Origin: Minisyncoccota bacterium
GTDB taxonomy: Bacteria; Patescibacteriota; Minisyncoccia; Minisyncoccales; GWA2-38-27
Direction of reading: 5' to 3'
NCBI GenBank assembly: GCA_028687715.1
Contig: JAQTZP010000004.1
Span: forward strand, 25,751 to 89,750
DNA length: 64,000 bases
The notes under the pieces were generated by a model. That model ran no database searches and was not told the origin of the DNA. It saw only the letters and a program-made list of their open reading frames with translations. The position numbers were made by a program, and so were the translations under genes. Of the stretch, positions 27,817-37,045 are shown piece after piece (the first letter of the stretch is position 1; each line of letters opens with the position of its first letter).

Positions 27817-28122
27817 TTGCTTATGAGCAACTTTATATCCCCAGAAGCCGTAGTAATGCTTCTTGCCGCCGTTCTTCTTGATACAATAGGCTTTTTATTC
27901 TTGTTTCTCAGTTTTTTAGGCGTAGGTATTCCTCTTTCTTTTATCCCTGATTTAATTGGATTAATTTTTATCGGAGGCTGGATGTTTCTACGCTCTGGAG
28001 CAAGGCAAAAAAGAATAGGCAAGAGACTGGGTCTGGCTTTTTTAGGGGAAATAATCCCTTTTTTCGGAGATATTGCTCCCTGCTGGACCTTAGCTGTATT
28101 TTTTGAATTAAAAAATAATTAA
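27817..28122 (+). CDS. Small integral membrane protein (likely ATG start at 27823)
   Basis: Three hydrophobic helices; contiguous with VirB4. Confidence 0.4.
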   Translation: MLMSNFISPEAVVMLLAAVLLDTIGFLFLFLSFLGVGIPLSFIPDLIGLIFIGGWMFLRSGARQKRIGKRLGLAFLGEIIPFFGDIAPCWTLAVFFELKNN

Positions 28123-28132
28123 TCTATATATT

Positions 28133-28480
28133 ATGAAAATTGCAATAACTATATTTTCATTACTTATTTTTCTTTTCCCGTCTATTATATATTCTTTTTC
28201 TAGACCCCCAGAGCTTGATTATCCTTTTACAGACCTTACTAATCTGCCCGGCTATATCATTTATCTTTATAATTTTGCAGTTGTGATAAGTGCATTTATT
28301 GCTCTTGGAGCTTTAGTTTACGGAGGCTTTAAATATCTTACATCAGCAGGAAATCCAAGCAAAGTTCAGGACGGGTTAGACCAAATTAAAGCAGCGATAT
28401 TCGGTATTTTGATTGTCTTGTGTTCTTATTTAATTCTTAAAACTATAAATCCTAATTTAGTAGTCTGGCCTTTCTTTTAA
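28133..28480 (+). CDS. VirB2/TrbC-like pilin candidate (signal peptide plus two transmembrane segments)
   Basis: A signal-like N-terminus followed by a hydrophobic helix, a loop and a second hydrophobic helix (YGGFKYLTSAGNPSKVQDGLDQIKAAIFGILIVLCSYLIL). A paralog lies at 39210..39647. Confidence 0.45.
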   Translation: MKIAITIFSLLIFLFPSIIYSFSRPPELDYPFTDLTNLPGYIIYLYNFAVVISAFIALGALVYGGFKYLTSAGNPSKVQDGLDQIKAAIFGILIVLCSYLILKTINPNLVVWPFF

Positions 28481-28529
28481 AAATAAAACACCGAGACTAT
28501 ATAACCTTGGTGTTTTTATTTTATCGAAA

Positions 28530-28991
28530 CTAAGCTTTGGGCCTTATTATCAATCTTCTTTCAGGCTCTTCTCCGATGCTCTCTGTTTCAACATCTTCTC
28601 TGTTTATCAGCTCTAAATGGATTATTCTTCTGTCATAAGAAGACATAGGAGACAGAATCTTTTCTCTTTTAGATAAAACAACCTCGTCAGCCAAAGACCT
28701 TGCTGTTTCTTTAAGATACTCGGTCTTTTTCTCTTTATAGCTGTTGATGTCAATATCTACGTAGAACTTCTGGTCTATATCCTTCCTAAGTATTGATTTT
28801 ATCAGATATTGAACTTCTGACAAAGTCTGGCCGTTCTGGCCGATTAAAATCTGAGGCTCTTCTGTTTTTATCTTTATAGAAATAGTATCTTCATATAGAT
28901 CTACTGACTTTATCTCAACTATAAAGCCTGCTTTTTGGAAAAACTCCTCCAATACTTTCTTTATTTTATTTAAATTTAGATTATCAATCAT
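28530..28991 (-). CDS. jag: RNA-binding protein KhpB/Jag (KH and R3H domains)
   Basis: A KH-like region (ILIGQNGQTLSEVQYLIKSIL) and C-terminal R3H (SSYDRRIIHLEL). It occupies the conserved position next to yidC. Confidence 0.75.
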   Translation of the reverse strand: MIDNLNLNKIKKVLEEFFQKAGFIVEIKSVDLYEDTISIKIKTEEPQILIGQNGQTLSEVQYLIKSILRKDIDQKFYVDIDINSYKEKKTEYLKETARSLADEVVLSKREKILSPMSSYDRRIIHLELINREDVETESIGEEPERRLIIRPKA

Positions 28992-28994
28992 AAA

Positions 28995-29711
28995 CTATGC
29001 TGTTTTTTCTTTTTTTAGAACAAAATACTGCTGGATTATAGAAAATACAGAGCTTGTTAGAAAGTAAAGGGCAATAGCTGAAGGCATATTTAAAAGAATT
29101 ATAACGGTAAAAAATGGAAAAAAGTACTGCATTTGAGTCTGAAGTATTTTTGCAAAATCAGACTGACTCTTTAGGGAGCTTTTTGATTTAGGACCCATTG
29201 TTTTAACCTCAAGATACTGAAGGATTCCTGCTGAGGCAGCAAGATAAATATTTGATTTTGAAAGATTGAGAATTGATAAAAAATCAGGATTAATTGCTCC
29301 TTCAAAGGAAACAAAAGAGTAGAGAAACCTCATTTGTTCGGGATTAAGGCCCTGCCAGAATAATTGGTATAAAGCGATTAAAACAGGCAGTTGAATCAGC
29401 ATTGAAGAAAAGCCTGCGAAAGGGCTGACTTTTGCGCCTTTATAGACTTCCATAAGCTCTTTAGCCTGTTTTTCTTTGTCATCTTTGTACTTATTTTGAA
29501 TTTCTTTAATCTTCGGCTGAAGCTCTGAAAAAACTTTTTGAGACTTTATAGCTTTAACGTTTAAGGGATAAAGGATAAATTTTACTAAGATTGTTAAGAT
29601 AATAACCGCTATGCCGAAATCTCCAAAAGAGATATATTTGTAGATTACTATTAAAAAATTAAAAAGCGGCTGATAAAAAAAGACGTTGAAAAATTCAATT
29701 AAAAAACTCAT
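28995..29711 (-). CDS. yidC: Membrane protein insertase YidC (short Gram-positive/Oxa1 type)
   Basis: GIAVIILTILVKFILYPL and SPFAGFSSMLIQLPVLIALY are conserved YidC transmembrane-core motifs. Confidence 0.8.
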   Translation of the reverse strand: MSFLIEFFNVFFYQPLFNFLIVIYKYISFGDFGIAVIILTILVKFILYPLNVKAIKSQKVFSELQPKIKEIQNKYKDDKEKQAKELMEVYKGAKVSPFAGFSSMLIQLPVLIALYQLFWQGLNPEQMRFLYSFVSFEGAINPDFLSILNLSKSNIYLAASAGILQYLEVKTMGPKSKSSLKSQSDFAKILQTQMQYFFPFFTVIILLNMPSAIALYFLTSSVFSIIQQYFVLKKEKTA

Positions 29712-29716
29712 ATATT

Positions 29717-30064
29717 TTATTTACTTTTGAAAAGATTTGCTTTTTTAAAGAGAATATCAATTCTTTTATCAAGCTCCCAAAAATCATTAATCTTCAATCC
29801 GGGCCTTATAATCATTATGCAGTCAAAACCTTTTTTAATCCCATCTAGCCTATTGCTTATTATCTCGCTTATTTTCCTTCTAAGACTATTCCTCATTACC
29901 GCTTTCTTGGAGAATTTCTTGCTTACAATAAAGCCAAACCTGGTACTTTTAAGATTGTTTCTATTTATTTTAAGGTATATAAAGTCTTCTTTATACCCCT
30001 GGCCTTTTTTAAAAACCTCCTCAAAATCCTTTATTCTTTTAAGCCTGTTTAGTTTCGGGAGCAT
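29717..30064 (-). CDS. rnpA: Ribonuclease P protein component
   Basis: Matches the RNR motif region (FGFIVSKKFSKKAVMRNSLRR) and lies between yidC and rpmH. Confidence 0.8.
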   Translation of the reverse strand: MLPKLNRLKRIKDFEEVFKKGQGYKEDFIYLKINRNNLKSTRFGFIVSKKFSKKAVMRNSLRRKISEIISNRLDGIKKGFDCIMIIRPGLKINDFWELDKRIDILFKKANLFKSK

Positions 30065-30079
30065 GAAAATATTTACCCT

Positions 30080-30214
30080 TTAAACGCTTAGTTTTTTTCT
30101 TCCTTTTTTTCTTCTTCTGGATAAAACCTGCCTTCCCTTTTTTGTTTTCTGACGGACTAAAAACCCGTGAGTCCTTTTTCTTTTTTTTCTTTTTGGCTTA
30201 TAAGTAAAAGACAT
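30080..30214 (-). CDS. rpmH: 50S ribosomal protein L34 (not in the supplied ORF track; 44 aa)
   Basis: The minus-strand translation [44 protein letters not shown] matches the L34 consensus (..RTHGFR.RM.T..GR.VL.RRR.KGRK.L). Confidence 0.8.
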   Translation of the reverse strand: MSFTYKPKRKKRKRTHGFLVRQKTKKGRQVLSRRRKKGRKKLSV

Positions 30215-30430
30215 ATTCTAAAATTATTATTAATTACTGTTTGCTAATATAGTAGTATAATATTAAAATTAATCAGGGTCAACAAATCTGTTTTTTTAGA
30301 ACCAAGAATTATCCATATTTAATCACCAACTTATCCACAGCTTGTTAACAAATAGTGGATTTCTCTGTTTATTTTAGTTTTGTTTTGACTTGTGTTAAAA
30401 TGAAATAATCGTAATTTTATTCCCATTATT
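30215..30430. promoter_or_regulatory. oriC-proximal region upstream of dnaA, with DnaA boxes and the dnaA promoter
   Basis: Perfect TTATCCACA at 30331-30339; TTATCCATA at 30309-30317; reverse-orientation AATCCACTA at about 30352-30360; extended -10 TGTTAAAAT before dnaA. Confidence 0.7.
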
Positions 30431-31780
30431 ATGACAAACGAAGAGCTTTGGCAAGGCGTTCTTGCCCAAATTCAATTGAATATCTCCCAGGCAAACTTTG
30501 CTACTTGGTTTAAAAATACTTCTATTGTTTCTCAAAAAGAAGGCAGGTTGTTAATCTCTGTGCCTAATTCATTTGTCAGAGAATGGCTTGAAAATAAATA
30601 CAATAAGCAGATATTTAAAATAATCCATAATTTAAACGAAGAGATTAAGGAAATCAAATACAGCGTTGGGAAGGCCTCGGAAAAAGCTGTTAAAAAGGCT
30701 TCTATAGACCTGCTTGAAAGCGACCAGCTTGAGTTCCAAGAACTTAAAATAGACAAAGAAACAAACCTTAATCCCAAATACATCTTTGATTCTTTTATAG
30801 TCGGCCCCTTCAATGAACTGCCCCACGCAGCCGCCTCAGCAGTAGCTGAAAATCCAGGATACATCTATAACCCTTTATTCATTTACGGAGGAGTGGGTCT
30901 TGGAAAAACTCATTTGCTTCAGGCAATAGGCAATGAAGTTGCAAAGAACTTTAAAACAAAAAAAGTAAGATATATTTCTTCTGAAAAATTCACTTCAGAA
31001 GTTGTATTGTCTATTAAAAACCATCAAATTGACTCTTTTAAATCAAAATACAGAGCCATTGACGTCTTAATAATAGATGATATTCAGTTTTTAGCAGGAA
31101 AAGAAAAGACTCAAGAAGAATTCTTCCATATTTTCAACGTCTTATACGAGAATAATAAGCAGATTATCCTTTCATCTGATTGTCCACCCAAAGCAATCCA
31201 CTCGTTAGCCGAAAGATTAAGATCCAGATTTGAAGGAGGAATGACAGCGGATATAAGCAATCCTGATTTTGAAACCAGAGTTGCTATTTTAAAAACAAAA
31301 GCTCAGGAAAAAAAGGTTGATTTTCCAATTGAAGTATATAATTATCTTGCTTCTTCTATTCAAAAGAACATCAGGGAATTAGAAGGAGCCTTAAACAGGC
31401 TTATTGCTTATCAAAAAATAAACAACAAGCAGCTGGATTTGGAAACCATAAAGATTATTCTTAAAAACGTTCTAATGAGTCCGGCTAAGGTTATCACCCC
31501 AAAGAAAATCATCCAAACCGTGGCTGAATTCTATGATTTAAAAGAAAAAGACATTTTAGACTGCTCCAGAAAAAAAGAGATTGTAAGACCGAGACAAATA
31601 GCAATGTATTTATTAAGAGAAGAATTAAAAAGCTCTTTCCCTTTTATCGGAAGAAAATTCCAGGGCAAAGACCATACTACTGCCATTCATTCGTATAAAA
31701 AAATAGCTAAAGAAATTGAAAAAGATAAAAAACTGGAAGAAGAAATAAGTTTAATTAAAGAAAGGGTTTTAAGCTCTTAG
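30431..31780 (+). CDS. dnaA: Chromosomal replication initiator protein DnaA
   Basis: AAA+ Walker A GGVGLGKTHLL; sensor motifs; C-terminal DnaA-box-binding domain (RPRQIAMYL...TAIHSY). Confidence 0.95.
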   Translation: MTNEELWQGVLAQIQLNISQANFATWFKNTSIVSQKEGRLLISVPNSFVREWLENKYNKQIFKIIHNLNEEIKEIKYSVGKASEKAVKKASIDLLESDQLEFQELKIDKETNLNPKYIFDSFIVGPFNELPHAAASAVAENPGYIYNPLFIYGGVGLGKTHLLQAIGNEVAKNFKTKKVRYISSEKFTSEVVLSIKNHQIDSFKSKYRAIDVLIIDDIQFLAGKEKTQEEFFHIFNVLYENNKQIILSSDCPPKAIHSLAERLRSRFEGGMTADISNPDFETRVAILKTKAQEKKVDFPIEVYNYLASSIQKNIRELEGALNRLIAYQKINNKQLDLETIKIILKNVLMSPAKVITPKKIIQTVAEFYDLKEKDILDCSRKKEIVRPRQIAMYLLREELKSSFPFIGRKFQGKDHTTAIHSYKKIAKEIEKDKKLEEEISLIKERVLSS

Positions 31781-31983
31781 AAGATGAGGAAAAAATGTTG
31801 ATAAGATTGTGGATTTAAAAGTGATAAAAATACAATAACTTTATCTATTAATTTATCCACAATTTATCTAATGTTTTTTAAAGGGAAAATTAGATATTAA
31901 TCCCCAATAAAACCTATATTAAAAACCTAAATTAAAACTTAACTTAATAATAATAAATTTTAATTAAAAACTAATAATTAATT
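31781..31983. promoter_or_regulatory. Candidate oriC core (dnaA-dnaN intergenic region) with DnaA boxes and an AT-rich unwinding region
   Basis: Perfect TTATCCACA at 31853-31861; degenerate boxes TTGTGGATT (31808-16), TTATCTATT and TTATCTAAT; about 100 nt of more than 85% AT sequence immediately before dnaN. Confidence 0.7.
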
Positions 31984-33114
31984 ATGAGATTATCAATTTT
32001 ACAAGAAAAACTAAAAGAAGGATTAAATATTGTTGAAAGAGTTTCTTCTAAATCTTTATCTCTTCCTATTTTAAACAATATCTTGATTTCTACTGAAAAG
32101 AATTTCTTAAATTTAGCTGCAACTGATTTAGAGGTGGGAATAAATTGGTGGGTCTTGGCTAAAATTGAAAAAGAAGGAAAAATTACAATTCCCAGTAGAT
32201 TATTTTCAAGTTTTATTAATCTTTTACCTAATAAAAAGATAGATATAAAGGAGGAAAAGAATAATATATTTATTGAGTGTGAGAATTATAATACTCAAAT
32301 TAAAGGAATTTCAGCTGATGAGTTCCCTATTATTCCTAAAATAAATGAAGGCGAATCAGTGTCTTTTGATATTAATTTATTTTGTCAAAGCGTTAACCAA
32401 GTAGTTGATATTCCGGTATTATCAACTACTAGACCTGAAATTTCAGGAGTTTATTTCTATTTTAATAAGAATTTAATAACAATTACTGCCACTGATAGTT
32501 TTAGATTGGGCGAAAAAAAGATATTTCTTAAAAACAGCTTTAATTTAAAAAAAGAATATTCTTTAATTATCCCCCAAAGAGCTGTAAAGGAAATTATTAA
32601 TATATTCGGAGAAAAAAAAGGAGAATTAAAGGTATATTTTTCAACAAACCAAATAATGTTTGAGTCTTTTATGGAAGAAACAGAGCATTCTCAGATTCAG
32701 CTTGTTTCCCGCTTAATTGAAGGAGAATATCCGAATTATAAGGAGATTATACCTTCAAAATATGCAACTCAAATTATCTTGGATAAGAATGAGTTTTTAA
32801 ACCAAATAAAAGCAGCCAGCTTGTTCAGCGGCAAGGCTAATGAAGTTAAAATAAAATCAGGATCTGGCGATAAAACAATAGAAATTTCCAGTCAAAGTTC
32901 AGAACTTGGGAGTAATAAATCTTTAATTCCTGCTAAAATCAAAGGAGAATCAGTAGATATTTCGTTTAATTATAGGTTCCTATTAGATGGTATTTTAAAT
33001 ATTAAAAGCTCAGAAATTATCTTTGAGCTAAACAGCGATTCAGGTCCCGGGGTATTAAAACCAGTAGGAGATGATAGTTATATCTACGTAGTTATGCCGA
33101 TAAAGGCAAGTTGA
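31984..33114 (+). CDS. dnaN: DNA polymerase III beta sliding clamp
   Basis: Length of about 376 aa with three-domain clamp-like periodicity, directly downstream of dnaA. Confidence 0.85.
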   Translation: MRLSILQEKLKEGLNIVERVSSKSLSLPILNNILISTEKNFLNLAATDLEVGINWWVLAKIEKEGKITIPSRLFSSFINLLPNKKIDIKEEKNNIFIECENYNTQIKGISADEFPIIPKINEGESVSFDINLFCQSVNQVVDIPVLSTTRPEISGVYFYFNKNLITITATDSFRLGEKKIFLKNSFNLKKEYSLIIPQRAVKEIINIFGEKKGELKVYFSTNQIMFESFMEETEHSQIQLVSRLIEGEYPNYKEIIPSKYATQIILDKNEFLNQIKAASLFSGKANEVKIKSGSGDKTIEISSQSSELGSNKSLIPAKIKGESVDISFNYRFLLDGILNIKSSEIIFELNSDSGPGVLKPVGDDSYIYVVMPIKAS

Positions 33115-33133
33115 GATATTGAATTTAGATTAT

Positions 33134-33160
33134 TAAAACCCGAAGCTGATTCGGGTTTTT
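33134..33160 (+). terminator. Rho-independent terminator after dnaN
   Basis: AAACCCGAA-GCTGA-TTCGGGTTT hairpin followed by TTTT. Confidence 0.65.
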
Positions 33161-33345
33161 GATTTATAAAATAGCTTAATAAATTTTCAAAAAGTTATAA
33201 GATATTTTATTTTTTAGGGGTTTTATATTCATCTATTTGTTTTATTTTAATAATTCGTTCCCATCCTTCGTAAGGCTTAATTCTCTCTTTTTTCCCCAAT
33301 TATAACATATATTATATTTTTAATTATATCTGATAACTTCACCCA

Positions 33346-33516
33346 CTAAGGAAGGTTACTGCAACCCATTAAACATTTTGAGACATCCTCTTCTTTAAAG
33401 GATATTAATATTTTATACCATTTGTGACCACATCTTGTGCATTGATAGGTTGCAAGAAATATTTTTGTAAAAATAACGCCTTTAGCATAAATTAATTTAT
33501 AAATAGATTCCTTCAT
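33346..33516 (-). CDS. Candidate small zinc-ribbon protein (56 aa; below the ORF-track cutoff)
   Basis: MKESIYKLIYAKGVIFTKIFLATYQCTRCGHKWYKILISFKEEDVSKCLMGCSNLP has a CxxC...CxxxC cysteine arrangement. It is the only sizeable ORF in a 540-nt non-coding stretch. The RBS is weak. Confidence 0.25.
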   Translation of the reverse strand: MKESIYKLIYAKGVIFTKIFLATYQCTRCGHKWYKILISFKEEDVSKCLMGCSNLP

Positions 33517-33645
33517 TGATGGCGTGATTCCATATTTTTTTATATAAATATTCAGGGTCAGAAGATATTTTATTCCCCTTACAAAGAGTGTTCTAAAGAA
33601 CTAATTTATAATAATATAAATTATTACCAAGAGTCAAGTGTTTTA

Positions 33646-33664
33646 TTGACAAAAATTAAAAGAT
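33646..33664 (+). promoter_or_regulatory. Sigma70-like promoter for the SPFH gene
   Basis: TTGACA, a 17-18 nt spacer, then TTATAAT, ending about 10 nt before the ATG at 33665. Confidence 0.45.
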
Positions 33665-34915
33665 GTGATTATAATTTATACATCAAGAAATAGGTTCTTG
33701 ATAGCGGAACCTTCACAATTTAATATGGAGGAAAATACAATGAAGATGTGGTATAGTTTTTGTCAGATAATATTTATCATCATTGCCCTGGTTATCGTCG
33801 GGGTAATAGCATTCTTTTTGGCAAAATTAATTTTTTGGCTCAGTATAATTAGTATCCCTATTCTAATTCTTATTTTCATCTATAATGCTATTACTATTAT
33901 TTCAGCAGATCCTCCCAATAAAGGAATTTGGGTTTTTTTTGGAAAAAGACAGAAAGTGTTATTAAAAGAAGGATGGCATTTCCTTCCTTTTTATCCTATT
34001 GTTTTTGATGCAATTTCAATTAGAGTGACTAAAATAAATCAAGATCTGCCCAATCAGGTAGTACGAACCCCCGATTTAGCAGAGGTTAGTGTAAGCATAA
34101 GCGTTACTTGGATTCCGGGTGGTCCGGACAATATAGATGAAAAAGATCAGGCAAGTGCCTTTATCCAATTTCTGAACAGCGGAGAGGAGGAAGGAGTTAA
34201 AAATATTCTCCAGGATATTATCAACGACAGGCTTAGAGGATGGGCGATCTCCGAAGAAGAGGGTCCGTCTGATTGGCAAGAATTATTGGGCGCCAGGGAT
34301 GATGCTATAACTGTTTTATTAAAAGCCATCCTAGGAGAAGATCTATCTTCTATTCCTTCTTCTGTCCCTACACCTGTGTTACTTAAATATTGGGATGTTC
34401 CCCCGAAGAGACCTTTAAAAAAAGAGATGAGTAAATGGGGAAAGAGAACTAGAAAAGGTAGTGAGTGGCAAAGATTAGAAGAAGAATTAGCCAAATTATC
34501 AGATCAAGAAAGAGAAAATTTAAAAATGAAAATAGAAGAAAGACGAAATCTTATTAAGATGGCTAGGCAAGGTAATGGGTTTTTTTATAAAAAACCTCTT
34601 GGTATTACAATTAATCGTTTTACTATCGATAACGCAGCCCCTCTAGGAAAAACTGCAGAAGCGGCTGAACTCAAAGCTAAAGAGCAACACGAAAGAGCTG
34701 CTGAAAAAACAGAAATAGAGGGAATTATGGATAGAATAAGAGATTTAAAAGATTTAGGCTTTTCTTTAGAGCAAGCCTTAGAAATAGTTCAATCTGAAAG
34801 AGGAAAGATTACTAAATCAGTTTCTGAGAGTAAGCTTAACATTTCTTCTGAGACGAGAGCAATGATTGAAAAAGTGTTTCCTGATTTAGCTAAATTATTA
34901 AAGAAAACAACGTAA
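33665..34915 (+). CDS. SPFH/band-7 (prohibitin/flotillin-like) membrane protein with a charged coiled-coil tail
   Basis: N-terminal transmembrane helices followed by an SPFH-like core (GIWVFFGKRQKVLLKEGWHFLPFYP...SIRVTKINQDLPNQVVRTPDLAEVSVSISVTW). Confidence 0.65.
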   Translation: MIIIYTSRNRFLIAEPSQFNMEENTMKMWYSFCQIIFIIIALVIVGVIAFFLAKLIFWLSIISIPILILIFIYNAITIISADPPNKGIWVFFGKRQKVLLKEGWHFLPFYPIVFDAISIRVTKINQDLPNQVVRTPDLAEVSVSISVTWIPGGPDNIDEKDQASAFIQFLNSGEEEGVKNILQDIINDRLRGWAISEEEGPSDWQELLGARDDAITVLLKAILGEDLSSIPSSVPTPVLLKYWDVPPKRPLKKEMSKWGKRTRKGSEWQRLEEELAKLSDQERENLKMKIEERRNLIKMARQGNGFFYKKPLGITINRFTIDNAAPLGKTAEAAELKAKEQHERAAEKTEIEGIMDRIRDLKDLGFSLEQALEIVQSERGKITKSVSESKLNISSETRAMIEKVFPDLAKLLKKTT

Positions 34916-34938
34916 AAAAAGAACCCCATAAAGGGGTT

Positions 34939-37014
34939 TTATTTTTTAAATAAATCTCTTAATTTTTTAGGTTTACTTTTTGCGGGGGGCTGGGTTTGTT
35001 TTTTTTCAATTTCAACGCCTGGCGGTAGAATTATTCTTGATATTACCCCTTTTTCTTTTTCTTCTTTCCATCGTTGCAATATTTCGGGTTTAATTGTGAA
35101 CATGCTTTGACCCGCCTGGCTGGAAAAATAATTTTTAAGAGTTGGACTTATATTGGCTCCAGTATTAATTCTTTCTTCTATCTTCGAGGCTGCATTTTTT
35201 CCAAGATTTTCAATAAGCTTATCTATATGTTTACTAGTAGCATTAATTAATATTGCATCCATTACTTCGGTGCTTTCTATTGCTTGACTAGATATCTTTT
35301 CGTAATCAGCAGGTTTCATTTTTTTAATTGTTTCCATCATGTCGGCGCCTTCAAGCATATGAGGTATTGCCTTGTCAATAACCTTATTAGACTGCCATTT
35401 CTTAGCCGTTTCTCTTATTTTCTTAATTTCTGCATCAGTTATATTCCCTTTTTTAACAAAGTCATTAAAGTTTCCATCTTCTATAATTTGATTTAATATT
35501 CCTACTTTATCAGTTTCAATCTTTGCTTTGCGGTAGGCGGATAATTGGGTTTCTGCTGTTTTTCCTTTTATGCTTTCTTGAGTTTTTTTAATCTGTTCTC
35601 TTTGGCTTTCAGTCAAGCCTGGGCCCAAAGGAGTTGCTATTGCCCTTCCAAGAGCAACAAAAGGAGTGCTTACAGTTCTTTTAGCCCAGCCTCCAATTCC
35701 GGTTTGGTTTTGTCCCCACTTTCCTGCAGTAGCCATTCCTGTCGCTGCTTTCCTAACCGCTGCTGGCACCAATTGTTTTACTTTTCCTGCCGCATACTTT
35801 CCTGCTGCTCCTGCGGCCTTCCCCCCGGCCCATCCAGCAGCTTGCTTGCCCCTTCTTTTAAATGAGTCTATTATCGCGCCAGAGCCTATAGCAGAGGTTT
35901 TTAGCCCAAATACCAGTCCAAGGCCTAGAAAAGCTAAAGAGACGAAATAGCTGATAATTCTGGCCTTAAAGCCAACAACAGCAGTGCTTCCAAAATTTAT
36001 ATCCGGTGAGCTAGAATTTATATTAGGCCATATGTTTATAAAATAGTTTGCCATAGAAAAGAAGAAGGCGCAGGTTATTCCAATGGTGGCCCATTGGACA
36101 AACTGCGTCCACCATGTATTCCAATACTGCCTTGTATTGGGCAGAATATAGAGGGCAAAGGCAATTGGGGATAAGATAACCAGTATCATTATGGCAAAGT
36201 ATCTGAGCAGAAAAATAGCGGCAAATAACAGATAAATAAAGAAGGATATCAGGTATACAAAAATTAAGACAAATAATTGAATAATACCTGTTTTAAATGT
36301 TTCATAATTCCAATTGCTCCACATTTCATATGAAAGACAGTCTGGAAGACTGTATATTGGCCTGCCTTGATAATAATAACAGGCGCTTTGCTGTTCTATT
36401 ATTCCTGATTTCTGAAAAAGGAAATAATCCATAGTAATATTTGAGGCATCAACAATAAGTCCGCATATAACAGGAGCAAAGTTTATAAGCAGAGCAATAA
36501 CAATAAAAGTGTATAAGGTTTTTTTAGTCCTGTAGTTTTCCAGTCTTAGCATGGTTGCCAGTCCAATAAACACTAAAACTAAAGCAAGCACCATATTAAT
36601 AAGACCTCTGGTATATCCCAGCCCTATTGCGACTATAGGATTAGTGCCTGGATTGGTAAGCTGCATTTCTAAAAAGCCAGGACTTATTACCCATTGTACC
36701 AGCGAGATGCCGAGGTCTTTCAACATTTCAGCTATTTTAGCAAACAGCCAGAAAAACATAGCGAAAAGATACATTATCCATGCTTCAATAAAGCTAAGGG
36801 ATTTAGTTTCAGACACTTTTTGATTATTCAAATAGTCTGCATAAGCGCCTGTTGGCATAACTCCGCCTGGTCCTGGGACAATGGGAAAAACAGTGCCTGT
36901 GCCAGGATCAACAACCTGAGCATTAGCAAATGAAGACAGAACAAGGATTGCGCCTATTAAGCATAAAGAGAAAGAAATAAGAATCTTTTTTGGGTTTTTC
37001 AATTTCTTAAACAT
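34939..37014 (-). CDS. Large polytopic membrane protein with a signal peptide and a Gly/Ala/Lys-rich C-terminal tail; possible VirB6/TrbL-like component
   Basis: At least 8 predicted transmembrane helices in the N-terminal 400 aa; the C-terminus carries GKQAAGWAGGKAAGAAGKYAAGK repeats. The topology resembles TrbL/VirB6, but there is no motif-level proof. Confidence 0.35.
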   Translation of the reverse strand: MFKKLKNPKKILISFSLCLIGAILVLSSFANAQVVDPGTGTVFPIVPGPGGVMPTGAYADYLNNQKVSETKSLSFIEAWIMYLFAMFFWLFAKIAEMLKDLGISLVQWVISPGFLEMQLTNPGTNPIVAIGLGYTRGLINMVLALVLVFIGLATMLRLENYRTKKTLYTFIVIALLINFAPVICGLIVDASNITMDYFLFQKSGIIEQQSACYYYQGRPIYSLPDCLSYEMWSNWNYETFKTGIIQLFVLIFVYLISFFIYLLFAAIFLLRYFAIMILVILSPIAFALYILPNTRQYWNTWWTQFVQWATIGITCAFFFSMANYFINIWPNINSSSPDINFGSTAVVGFKARIISYFVSLAFLGLGLVFGLKTSAIGSGAIIDSFKRRGKQAAGWAGGKAAGAAGKYAAGKVKQLVPAAVRKAATGMATAGKWGQNQTGIGGWAKRTVSTPFVALGRAIATPLGPGLTESQREQIKKTQESIKGKTAETQLSAYRKAKIETDKVGILNQIIEDGNFNDFVKKGNITDAEIKKIRETAKKWQSNKVIDKAIPHMLEGADMMETIKKMKPADYEKISSQAIESTEVMDAILINATSKHIDKLIENLGKNAASKIEERINTGANISPTLKNYFSSQAGQSMFTIKPEILQRWKEEKEKGVISRIILPPGVEIEKKQTQPPAKSKPKKLRDLFKK

Positions 37015-37045
37015 TAAAATATTATAACAGATATATCAAGTTAAG

